Shown here piece by piece: positions 46,453-55,707 of a stretch of 64,000 nt of DNA. Below the pieces are notes generated by a model. That model saw nothing but the letters and a program-made list of their open reading frames with translations, searched no databases and had not been told where the DNA came from. The stretch is from an uncultured Gemmatimonadales bacterium (GTDB lineage: Bacteria; Gemmatimonadota; Gemmatimonadetes; Gemmatimonadales; GWC2-71-9): contig CAWCFX010000001.1 in the NCBI GenBank assembly GCA_963795085.1, positions 608,001 through 672,000 on the forward strand, given 5' to 3'. A program made the translations under genes and the position numbers. Position 1 is the first letter of the stretch, and each line of letters opens with the position of its first letter.

Positions 46453-49400
46453 ATGAGTCGTATGCGTTTCGCCAGCGCGGTTCCTCCGCGGTTCGCCCTC
46501 CTGCCGGTCCTCCTCGCGGCCGTCTCCCTCACCTGTAGCGGAGACGGCGTTGTTCTCCCCAGGGAGGGCGATCCATCCAAGGTCTCCGTCATGGGTGGCA
46601 ACAACCAGACGGGTACCGTGGCGGCCGCATTGCCCGAGAGCCTCACGGTACGCATCACGGACCCCAGCAACCGTCCGGTGGTGGGTGCGCGGGTCGTGTT
46701 CGTGCGCGGGACGAACGGGGCCGGGGCAGTGTTGTCGCCGGACACCGTGGTGACCACCACCGACGGCCAGGCCCGGTCGCGCTGGGTGCTGGGCACCGGG
46801 GCCGGCACCCAGACCGTGATCGCCCGGGTGGTCGGGTTTACCAACGTTTCCGCCGGTTTTTCGGCCACCGCGACCGCCGGGGTGGCCGATTCGCTATTCC
46901 TGGTACGGGGCGACGGGCAGACCGGCACGGCCGGCGCGGCGCTCGCGGAATCGCTGGTGGTGCGGGTGAATGACCGGTTCGGCAACCCGGTCGCGGGGAC
47001 CGTGGTGAGCTGGACGCTGAGCGGGGGCGGGTCGTTGAGCGCTGCCACGGTGCCGACCGCCGCCGATGGGCAGGCCGCCGTCCAGCGCACCCTGGGCCCG
47101 GCCTCGGGGCCCCAGGCCTCGGCCGCCTCGGCCACCGGGCTCAAGGGTTCGCCGGTGCTGTTCTCGCACACGGCCGGCTCCGGGGGGCCAGCCGCACTGC
47201 AGATCGTCCAGGGCAACAACAACACCGCCCCGGCCGGGTTTGCGCTGGCGGAATCGCTGGTGGTCCGGCTGGTGGACGCCAATGGCAACGGGGTGGCGGG
47301 GCGGGCCGTGGCGTGGGCGGTGACCGGCGGGGGGGGCACCCCGTCTCCGCTATCGAGTAATACCGACGTCAACGGCCTTGCGGCCACCCGGTGGACCCTG
47401 GGCACTACTGCGGGCCCGAATACCCTGATCGCCTCCGCGGCGGGGTTCGTGGCCAACTTCAGCGCCACCGGCACCAGCGACGTGCCCACCCGGATCTCCA
47501 TCTTCAGCGGCAACAACCAGTCGGGGCCGGCCAACCAGGCGCTGCCCAGCGATCCCACGGTGCTGGTGCAGGACGCCAACAACAACCCGGTCGCCAACGT
47601 GGCAGTGACCTTCGTGGTGACGGGGGGCGGCGGCACCATTGTTCCGACCACCTCGGTGGCCACCGGCACCAACGGCCGGGCGGCGCTGACGTCGTGGACG
47701 CTGGGCCCGGCGCTGGGCGTAAACACCCTGCAGGCCTCCGCCAGCGGACCGGGCGGTCCGCTCCAGGGCAGCCCCCTCACCTTCACGGCCACCGCGGTCC
47801 CCGGCGCGGCGGCGCAGCTCCAGATCGTGACGCAGCCGCCGGCCAACGCCGCCAGCGGAGCGGTGCTGAGCCCGTCCCCGGTGGTGGAGGTGCTGGACGC
47901 GAGCGGCAACCCGGTGAGCCAGGCCGGCATCAACGTCACCGTGTCCCTCGCCTCGGGGACCGGGGCGCTTGGTGGGACCCTGACCCGGGCGACCAACTCG
48001 AGCGGGCAGGTCACCTTCAGCGGGATCTCGATTAACAGCCTGGTGGGCAGCTATACCCTCGGGTTCAATGCGTCGGGGCTGACCGGTGCGACCTCGTCGT
48101 CCATTTCGCTGGGCGCCGGGGCGGCGACCCAGTTGGTCCTCACCACCCAGACGCCGGGCGGCGCCAGCAGCGGGGTGCCGCTCTCGCCGCAGCCGATCGT
48201 GCAGGTAGAAGACGCGGCGGGGAACCCGGTCTCCCTGGCGGGCGTTAACGTGACTGCCGCGCTCACCGGGGCGACAGGAACCCTGGGCGGCACCGCCACC
48301 ATCGTCACCAACCCCAGCGGCACCGCGGCCTTCACCAACCTGGCCATCACCGGCCCGTCCGGGGCGTACACCATCCGGTTCACTTCCACCAACCCGGTGC
48401 TGACCCAGGTCACCTCGGGCAACATCACGATCGGGGCCGGCGCCCCGACCATGATGGCCATCCAGGCCGGGAACAACCAGACCGTGACGTCCGGCTCGGT
48501 GCTGCCGGTGGATCCCACCGTGCTGATCACCGATGCCGGCGGCAACCCGGTCTCCGGCGTGACCGTGACGTTCGCGGTCGCCTCCGGCGGCGGCAGCGCG
48601 ACCGGCACCAGCCGGGTGACCAACGCGAGCGGTATCGCGACCGTGGGCAGCTGGACGCTGGGCTGCCTGGCGGGGAGCAACACCCTGACCGCCACGTCGC
48701 CGGGGCTGGTGGGAAGCCCGCTCACGTTCACGGCGACGGGGACCGCCGGCGCGGCCTCCCGGATCCAGATCGCGGCGGGGAACAACCAGACCGCGACGGT
48801 GGGCAACCCGGTGCCGGTCAATCCCTCGGTGCTGGTGACCGACGCCTGCGGCAATCCCATTGCGGGGATCGTGACCACCTTCGCGGTCACCGCGGGCGGC
48901 GGCAGCATCATCGGCGGCAACCAGACGACCGACGCGAATGGCCTCGCCACGGTCGGCTGGGTGCTGGGCGGCTCCGCGGGGACCAACACCCTGACCGTGA
49001 CCCGGAGCGGGCTGACCGGGAGCCCGCTGGCCTTCACCGCGACCGGGGTGACCGGGAACGCCAACAACATCGCGGTCAACGCCGGCAACAACCAGAGCGC
49101 AACCATCGCGACCACCGTCGCGGTGGACCCGTCGGTCATCGTCAAGGACGGCAGCGGCAACCCGGTTCCCGGCGTCCAGGTCACCTTCGCGGTGGCCAGC
49201 GGCGGCGGCAGCATCTCCGGCGCGGTACAGACCACGAACGCCAGCGGCATCGCGGAGGTGGGCAGCTGGACGCTGGGGACCATGGCGGGGACCAACACCC
49301 TCACGGCCACGTCGTCGGGGCTCTCCGGCAGCCCGGTCACCTTTACGGCCACCGGGACCACGGGTGCGGCGGCGACCATCGCGATCAACGCCGGCAACAA

Positions 49401-52400
49401 CCAGACGGCCACGGTGGGCGCCACCCTTCCGGTCAATCCCTCCGTGCTGGTCCGGGACATCGGGGGCAACCCGGTTTCCGGAGTCAGCGTTACCTTCGCC
49501 ATCACCTCGGGCGGGGGGAGCATTACCGGTGCCGCGGCGACCACCGACGGGAGCGGCATCGCCGCGGTGGGGAGCTGGACCCTCGGCAGCACGGCGGGCA
49601 ACAACACCCTCACCGCCTCCTCGGCCGGCCTCACCGGCAGCCCGATCACCTTCAGCGCAACCGGGGTGACCGGCGGGCCGGCGACCATCGCCATCAGTGC
49701 CGGCAACAACCAGTCGGCCCCGGCCGGCAGCATTCTGCCGGTGGATCCCTCGGTGCTGGTGACCGACGCGGGGGGCAACCCGGTGGCGGGGGTGAGCGTG
49801 ACATTCGCGGTGGCGTCCGGCGGCGGCAGCCTCACCGGCGCCACGCAGACCACCAATGCCAGCGGCATCGCCGAAGTCGGCAGCTGGACGCTGGGTAACA
49901 CCGCGGGGCCCAACACCATCACGGCCACATCCGCGGGGCTCAGCGGTTCGCCGCTGACCTTCACGGCGACCGGCACCGTGGGCGCCGCCGCGACTATCGC
50001 GATCAACGGCGGGAACAACCAGGCGGCCACCGCGGGGACCACCTTGCCGGTCAACCCGTCCGTCCTGGTGACCGACGCGGGCGGCAACCCGGTGGCCGGA
50101 GTCAGCGTGACCTTCGCGGTGGCCTCGGGCGGAGGCAGTATCGCCGGCGGCGCGCAGACCACGGATGCCGCGGGCATCGCGACCGTGGGGAGCTGGACCC
50201 TGGGCACGGCGCCGGGCACCAACACCCTCACCGCCACGTCGGCGGGGCTGTCGGGGAGCCCGCGCACCTTCACCGCCACCGGCACCACCGGTACCGCCGC
50301 CACTATTGCTGTGAACGGCGGCGACAACCAGACCCAGACAGTCAACTCGGTCCTGGCCACCGACCCGTCCGTGCTGGTGACCGATGCCGGCGGCAATCCG
50401 GTGCAGGGCGTGGCGGTCACCTTCGCGGTGGCCAGCGGCGGAGGAACGGCCAACGGGGTCAACCGCACCACTAACGTCAGCGGCATCGCCACCGTGGGGA
50501 GCTGGCAGCTGGGGACGGTCGCGGGGACCAACACCCTCACCGCGACCTCGGCTGGCCTGAGCGGAAGCCCGATCACCTTCACCGCGACCGGCACGCCGGG
50601 CGGGGCCAACGCCGCGCAGAGTTCCGCCACGGTGCCCAACGGGGCAGCCGGCCAGCCGACCGTGATCAGCATCCAGGCCCGCGATGTGTTCGGGAACAAC
50701 CGGACCACCGGCGGCGGGACGTGGACCGTCGCGGTCACCGGCGCCAATACCGCGTCCCCCGCCGTGACCGACAACGGCGACGGGACGTACACCGCGAGCT
50801 ACACTCCCACCGCCTCGGGCAGCGACCAGGTGGCGATCCGCCTGAGCGGTAGCCACATCGGGGGGAGCCCCTACACCAGCACGGTGGTGGCCGCCGGTGC
50901 TTCGACCATCGTGGTGAACGCCGGCAACAACCAGAGCGCCACCGTCAACACGGTGCTTTCCACCGATCCGTCGGTGAAGGTGACCGACACCAACAACAAC
51001 CCGGTGCCGGGCGTCGCGGTGACCTTCGCGGTCACCGGGGGCGGCGGCAGCGTGACCGGCGCCAACCAGGTGACCAACGCCAGCGGCATCGCGACCGTGG
51101 GCAGCTGGCAGCTGGGCACCACGGCGGGAACCAACACCATGACCGCCACGGCGCCCGGCCTGGCCGGCAGCCCGGTGACCTTCACCGCGACCGGGACGGC
51201 GGCGGCCGCCGACGCCGGGCAGACCACGGCCAACGTCCCGGCAGGCACCGCGGCGGCCCAGACCACCATCACGATCCAGAGCCGAGACCAGTTCGGCAAC
51301 CTGCGCACCAGCGGCGGGGCCTCGATCACCGTAGCGGTCACCGGCGCCAACACCGCCACCGGCAGCGTGACGGACAACGGCGACGGCACGTACACGGCGA
51401 CCTACACGCCGGCCGTTTCCGGCACCGACGTGGTCACGATCCGGCTGGGCGGAACCCTGATCAGCGGGAGCCCCCACAACAGCGTCGTCGGCAAGGCGGG
51501 GAGCTCCACCACCATCACCAGCCACTCGCCGGAGCCCTCGATTGTCGGGCAGGGAATCACCGTGGACGTGGCGGTAAGCGGGATCGGCGCCACCCCCACC
51601 GGCAGCGTAACGGTCAGCGACGGCACCGATAACTGCGTGGCCACCCTGAGCGGCGGGGCGGGGAACTGTGTGCTCACGCCCACCACGTCCGGGAGCAAGA
51701 CTCTGACCGCCACCTACGGTGGCAACGCCACCTTCAATGGCAGCGTCTCCCCCGGCGCCGCGCACCAGGTGAACGCGTCCGGCGGCGTGAGCCCGACCCA
51801 GTCCTCCCTGGGGGTCTCGGCCTCGTCGATCACGGCGAGCAGCGGTTCCACGCCGGTCACGGTGACCGTCACGGCGCGGGACGCCTTCAACAATCCGGTG
51901 GCCGGCGTCAGCGTGGTGCTCTCGGCCAGCGGAACCGGGAACTCGATCACCCAGCCGGGGCTCACCAATGCCAGCGGGATGGCGACCGGGACGGTCAGCT
52001 CGACGGTGGCGGAGAGCAAGACCATTTCGGCGGTGGTGGACGGGACCGGGATCAGCCAGACCCAGATGGTGACCGTGACCCCGGCGGCGCCGGCGGCGGC
52101 GACCACCACCGCGTCGGTCCCGCCGGGTAACGCCGGCTCCCCGACCACGATCACGATCCAGTCGCGGGACCAGTTCGGGAACCTGGTGACCACCGGTGGC
52201 GCCAACGTGGAGATCACGGTCTCCGGCGCCAATACGGCCGGGCCCATCACCGCCACCGACCTGGGCGACGGCACCTATACGGCCTCCTACACGCCGACGG
52301 TGTCCGGCGCCGACCAGGTCGATATCACGCTCAACGGGACTCCGATCAGCGGGAGTCCCTACGGCACCACGGTGGCCGTGGGGACCGCCACCCAGGTCCA

Positions 52401-53538
52401 GCTCTTCGCGGGCGACGGGCAGTCGGCGCCCATCGGCAGTACGCTCGCGATGGACCCGACAGTGATCGTGCGGGACGGCAGCGGCAACCCGGTTCCCGGG
52501 GTCAGCGTAACCTTCAGCGTGACGGGAGGTGGGGGAAACGTCTCCAGCGGTTCGGGCATGAGCGGCGCCAATGGCCAGGTCGGGGTAGCCTGGACGCTGG
52601 GCTCGACCACCGGTTCCAACACATTATCCGCCACCGCGGCAGGGCTCTCTGGGAGCCCTGTTTTGTTTTCCGCCACCGCCACGCCGGCTACCCCGGTGGC
52701 AAGCGTCATCGCCCACACTCCCGACCCTTCACCGGTGGGCGGCCTGGTCAGCGTGTCGTTCACGGTCACCAGCCCGGCCGGAACGCCCACGGGCAACGTG
52801 ACCGCCGGCGACGGAGTGGACAGCTGCACCGCCAGCGTGGCCGCCGGTAACTGCACCGTGGCGCTGACGACTCCCGGGCCCCGCACCCTCACGGCCAGCT
52901 ATGCCGGCGACGGCAATTTCAACGCCGTGGTGTCGGCCGGGGTCGGCCACACGGTGACAGCGGCGGTCACGGCGACGGCTATTACCGGCCATGCGCCGGA
53001 ACCGTCGGTCATCGGCCAGGGTATCACGGTGGACGTGAGTGTCAGCAGCGGGGGCGGTACCCCTCTGGGGAACGTCACGGTGAGCGACGGAGTGGACAGC
53101 TGCAACATCGGGTTGTCGGGTGGGTCGGGGAGCTGCGTGCTCACACCCACCACGGCAGGGCTCAAGACCTTGAGTGCCGACTACGGCGGCTCGGCCAGCT
53201 TCCAGGCCAGCTCCACCAGCGCCTCGCACCAGGTGGACGCCTTTGGCGCGGTGGATCCAGCCTCGTCCACGGCCACCGTGCCCGACGGGGTGAGCGGCGG
53301 CCTCACGACGATCCTGATCGTGGCCCGTGACCAGTTCGGGAATGCGGTGGGCACCGGGGGCGAGAGCGTCACGGTGGACATCACCGGTGCGAATCCCGGC
53401 AGCGCGACAGTAACCGACAATGGCGACGGCACTTACACCGCCGAGTACACCCCGGCGGCTTCCGGATCAGACACCATAACGATCCAGGTCAATAACATTT
53501 CAATCCAGGGGAGCCCGTTCACCAGCACCATCTCGTGA
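46453..53538 (+). CDS. Giant Ig-like (Big_1/filamin/Big_3-type) repeat surface lipoprotein, ~2360 aa
   Basis: LTC lipobox; many ~100-aa GNNQ..P.V.V.D..GNPV.GV.VTF repeats; DNGDGTYTA.YTP repeats. Confidence 0.88.
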   Translation: MSRMRFASAVPPRFALLPVLLAAVSLTCSGDGVVLPREGDPSKVSVMGGNNQTGTVAAALPESLTVRITDPSNRPVVGARVVFVRGTNGAGAVLSPDTVVTTTDGQARSRWVLGTGAGTQTVIARVVGFTNVSAGFSATATAGVADSLFLVRGDGQTGTAGAALAESLVVRVNDRFGNPVAGTVVSWTLSGGGSLSAATVPTAADGQAAVQRTLGPASGPQASAASATGLKGSPVLFSHTAGSGGPAALQIVQGNNNTAPAGFALAESLVVRLVDANGNGVAGRAVAWAVTGGGGTPSPLSSNTDVNGLAATRWTLGTTAGPNTLIASAAGFVANFSATGTSDVPTRISIFSGNNQSGPANQALPSDPTVLVQDANNNPVANVAVTFVVTGGGGTIVPTTSVATGTNGRAALTSWTLGPALGVNTLQASASGPGGPLQGSPLTFTATAVPGAAAQLQIVTQPPANAASGAVLSPSPVVEVLDASGNPVSQAGINVTVSLASGTGALGGTLTRATNSSGQVTFSGISINSLVGSYTLGFNASGLTGATSSSISLGAGAATQLVLTTQTPGGASSGVPLSPQPIVQVEDAAGNPVSLAGVNVTAALTGATGTLGGTATIVTNPSGTAAFTNLAITGPSGAYTIRFTSTNPVLTQVTSGNITIGAGAPTMMAIQAGNNQTVTSGSVLPVDPTVLITDAGGNPVSGVTVTFAVASGGGSATGTSRVTNASGIATVGSWTLGCLAGSNTLTATSPGLVGSPLTFTATGTAGAASRIQIAAGNNQTATVGNPVPVNPSVLVTDACGNPIAGIVTTFAVTAGGGSIIGGNQTTDANGLATVGWVLGGSAGTNTLTVTRSGLTGSPLAFTATGVTGNANNIAVNAGNNQSATIATTVAVDPSVIVKDGSGNPVPGVQVTFAVASGGGSISGAVQTTNASGIAEVGSWTLGTMAGTNTLTATSSGLSGSPVTFTATGTTGAAATIAINAGNNQTATVGATLPVNPSVLVRDIGGNPVSGVSVTFAITSGGGSITGAAATTDGSGIAAVGSWTLGSTAGNNTLTASSAGLTGSPITFSATGVTGGPATIAISAGNNQSAPAGSILPVDPSVLVTDAGGNPVAGVSVTFAVASGGGSLTGATQTTNASGIAEVGSWTLGNTAGPNTITATSAGLSGSPLTFTATGTVGAAATIAINGGNNQAATAGTTLPVNPSVLVTDAGGNPVAGVSVTFAVASGGGSIAGGAQTTDAAGIATVGSWTLGTAPGTNTLTATSAGLSGSPRTFTATGTTGTAATIAVNGGDNQTQTVNSVLATDPSVLVTDAGGNPVQGVAVTFAVASGGGTANGVNRTTNVSGIATVGSWQLGTVAGTNTLTATSAGLSGSPITFTATGTPGGANAAQSSATVPNGAAGQPTVISIQARDVFGNNRTTGGGTWTVAVTGANTASPAVTDNGDGTYTASYTPTASGSDQVAIRLSGSHIGGSPYTSTVVAAGASTIVVNAGNNQSATVNTVLSTDPSVKVTDTNNNPVPGVAVTFAVTGGGGSVTGANQVTNASGIATVGSWQLGTTAGTNTMTATAPGLAGSPVTFTATGTAAAADAGQTTANVPAGTAAAQTTITIQSRDQFGNLRTSGGASITVAVTGANTATGSVTDNGDGTYTATYTPAVSGTDVVTIRLGGTLISGSPHNSVVGKAGSSTTITSHSPEPSIVGQGITVDVAVSGIGATPTGSVTVSDGTDNCVATLSGGAGNCVLTPTTSGSKTLTATYGGNATFNGSVSPGAAHQVNASGGVSPTQSSLGVSASSITASSGSTPVTVTVTARDAFNNPVAGVSVVLSASGTGNSITQPGLTNASGMATGTVSSTVAESKTISAVVDGTGISQTQMVTVTPAAPAAATTTASVPPGNAGSPTTITIQSRDQFGNLVTTGGANVEITVSGANTAGPITATDLGDGTYTASYTPTVSGADQVDITLNGTPISGSPYGTTVAVGTATQVQLFAGDGQSAPIGSTLAMDPTVIVRDGSGNPVPGVSVTFSVTGGGGNVSSGSGMSGANGQVGVAWTLGSTTGSNTLSATAAGLSGSPVLFSATATPATPVASVIAHTPDPSPVGGLVSVSFTVTSPAGTPTGNVTAGDGVDSCTASVAAGNCTVALTTPGPRTLTASYAGDGNFNAVVSAGVGHTVTAAVTATAITGHAPEPSVIGQGITVDVSVSSGGGTPLGNVTVSDGVDSCNIGLSGGSGSCVLTPTTAGLKTLSADYGGSASFQASSTSASHQVDAFGAVDPASSTATVPDGVSGGLTTILIVARDQFGNAVGTGGESVTVDITGANPGSATVTDNGDGTYTAEYTPAASGSDTITIQVNNISIQGSPFTSTIS

Positions 53539-53637
53539 TGTGATGTCCGTCCTATGCCATCCGCTGCTACCTTCGCATGATGCTACTCCCGGGAGGGTAC
53601 CCGGGTTTCCAGCGCCAGTAAAGAAGGGCAGGGTACC

Positions 53638-55260
53638 ATGCGCCACCCATCCGCCATCGCCGCATTTCGACTCGCCGCCGCCGCCCTCGTGACCGCGGGA
53701 TGCGCGGCGGACTCCCTCACCCTGCCCCGCGACGGTGAGCCGGCCGCGGTGGTCATTGTGCACGGCAACGGCCAGCAGGGCATGGCGGGAAATCCCCTGG
53801 GCGACTCCCTGGTCATCAGCGTCACCGACGGCCAGGACCGGCCGGTCATCAACCGGTCGGTGGCGTTTGTCGTCCCTTCCGGCGGAACCGTGGTTCCCGC
53901 CACGTTACACACCAACGGCGAGGGCAAGGCGGTCTTCCGGTGGGTGCTGGGGCCGGCGGCAGGGGAGCAGACGCTTGAGGTGGGGCCGGATGCCGACGGG
54001 CCGCTCTCGCCCAAGGCCACCTTCCGGGCCACCGCGACGCCCGGCCCGGTGCACGCCATCAGCCTGATCAGCGGTGATGGGCAGACCGCGGCGGCGGGGA
54101 CGCCCCTGCCGCAGCCGCTGGTCGTGCGGGTGCTCGACTCTTTCGGCAATGGCGTGGCCGGCGAGACGGTGACCTGGCAGACCTCCTCCGGCGGTTTGCA
54201 GCCCTCTACCGCGGTCACCGGAGACGATGGTTCCACCACGGCCGTGTGGACCCTGGGGCAGGGTGTAGGCGTACAGACGGCCACGGCCCGGTTCAGCGGG
54301 GCGTCGGGCTCTCCCGTGTCCTTCAGCGCCAATGCCACCCAGGGGGCGTCGCCCAGGCTGAGTATCGTGACGCAGCCGTCGGCGACCGCGCAGGGCGGGG
54401 TGGCATTCAGCCGACAGCCGGCGGTACGCCTGGAGACGGCGCAGGGGGCTCCGATCCAGCAGGCAGGAGTATCGGTTACCGCGGCCATTGCCATCGGCGG
54501 CGGGACGCTGGGCGGTACCACTACGGTCCAGACCAACGGCTCGGGGATTGCTCAGTTCTCCGGCCTCGCGATTTCCGGGTCCCCCGGAGACCGCACCCTT
54601 ATCTTCGCGGCCGTCAATCACACCGCGGCCACCTCCGCCACCATCGCGGTCACGGGCCCCGTCGTCAGCCCGTCCCGTTCCACTGTCACGGCCGCGCCCG
54701 CGTCCATCCAGGCGGGTGGCGAGCAGTCGGTGATCACGGTGACCGCCCGGGACGCCTCCGGGAACCCGCTTTCCGGCCTGCAGGTTGTGATCACGGTCTC
54801 GGGAAGCGGCAACACGGTGACCCAGCCTGGCGGGATGACCAACACCAACGGGGTGGCCACCGGGACGCTGACTTCCTCGGTGACCGGAACCAAGACGGTC
54901 TCGGCGACCATTGCCGGGACGGCGGTTACCCAGACCGCCACGGTGACGGTGCAAGCCACGGGGCCCTCCGCCCAGCAATCCACGGCCAATGTCCCGGGTG
55001 GAAAACGGTTCCAGTGGACGACCCTGACCATCACCACCAGAGATGCCGCGGGCAACAAGCTCACCCGGGGCGGGTATGCCAACCAGATCCGGGTGTCGGT
55101 TTCCGGCGCCAACACGGCGTCAAACCTGTCGATTTTTGACCAGGGGGATGGGACCTACCAGGCCAGCTACTTCCCGGTATTCAAGGGGTCTGACGACATC
55201 ACGATCACGATCAATGGAACGGCGATCCAGGGAAGTCCGTACCGAAGCCAGGTCAAGTGA
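53638..55260 (+). CDS. Ig-like repeat lipoprotein, paralog of the upstream gene
   Basis: AGC lipobox; LPRDGEP start like upstream LPREGDP; same repeat types. Confidence 0.85.
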   Translation: MRHPSAIAAFRLAAAALVTAGCAADSLTLPRDGEPAAVVIVHGNGQQGMAGNPLGDSLVISVTDGQDRPVINRSVAFVVPSGGTVVPATLHTNGEGKAVFRWVLGPAAGEQTLEVGPDADGPLSPKATFRATATPGPVHAISLISGDGQTAAAGTPLPQPLVVRVLDSFGNGVAGETVTWQTSSGGLQPSTAVTGDDGSTTAVWTLGQGVGVQTATARFSGASGSPVSFSANATQGASPRLSIVTQPSATAQGGVAFSRQPAVRLETAQGAPIQQAGVSVTAAIAIGGGTLGGTTTVQTNGSGIAQFSGLAISGSPGDRTLIFAAVNHTAATSATIAVTGPVVSPSRSTVTAAPASIQAGGEQSVITVTARDASGNPLSGLQVVITVSGSGNTVTQPGGMTNTNGVATGTLTSSVTGTKTVSATIAGTAVTQTATVTVQATGPSAQQSTANVPGGKRFQWTTLTITTRDAAGNKLTRGGYANQIRVSVSGANTASNLSIFDQGDGTYQASYFPVFKGSDDITITINGTAIQGSPYRSQVK

Positions 55261-55367
55261 ATTGAGGGAATGAGGGAATTGAGGGAATTGAAGGAATTGA
55301 GGGAATTGAAGGAATTGTGGAATTTTTCCCTTCAATTCCCTCAATTCCCTCAATTCCCTCAATTCCC
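55256..55367. repeat. (GAATTGAGG)n/(CCTCAATTC)n inverted 9-mer repeat
   Basis: Visible; lies between a convergent CDS and tRNA. Confidence 0.85.
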
Positions 55368-55369
55368 AG

Positions 55370-55441
55370 AGCCACTGGTCGGATTTGAACCGACGACCGC
55401 TCGATTACGAATCGAGAGCTCTACCCCTGAGCTACAGTGGC
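55370..55441 (-). tRNA. tRNA-Thr(CGT)
   Basis: Reverse complement: GCCACTG/CAGTGGC acceptor, loop TTCGTAA, TTCAAAT. Confidence 0.95.
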
Positions 55442-55532
55442 AAAATGACAAATACTGAGTGCCAGACACCGAGTGCTGAGCCGGTGACCGGCTGTCAGTA
55501 CTCAGTACTCGCTACTCAGTACTGGTTTACGA

Positions 55533-55614
55533 TGCCCTGGCGCGGATTCGAACCGCGACGCCTTACGGCACTACCCCCTCAAGATAGCGTGTCTACCAGT
55601 TTCACCACCAGGGC
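55533..55614 (-). tRNA. tRNA-Leu(GAG)
   Basis: Reverse complement: GCCCTGG/CCAGGGC acceptor, loop TTGAGGG, long variable arm. Confidence 0.95.
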
Positions 55615-55707
55615 GAGGGTGGGAAAAGTACACCGGTCCCGCCCTATCCCTCAATCCCCCGGGCCGGTTTACATTTTCGCTCTTCTCGCTCGGAGACCGG
55701 TTGACCC

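Noticed and set aside
47350..51765. Long antisense ORFs (1471 aa, 913 aa) and similar shadows over other genes
   Set aside because: Shadow frames of high-GC coding sequence with no recognisable motifs.
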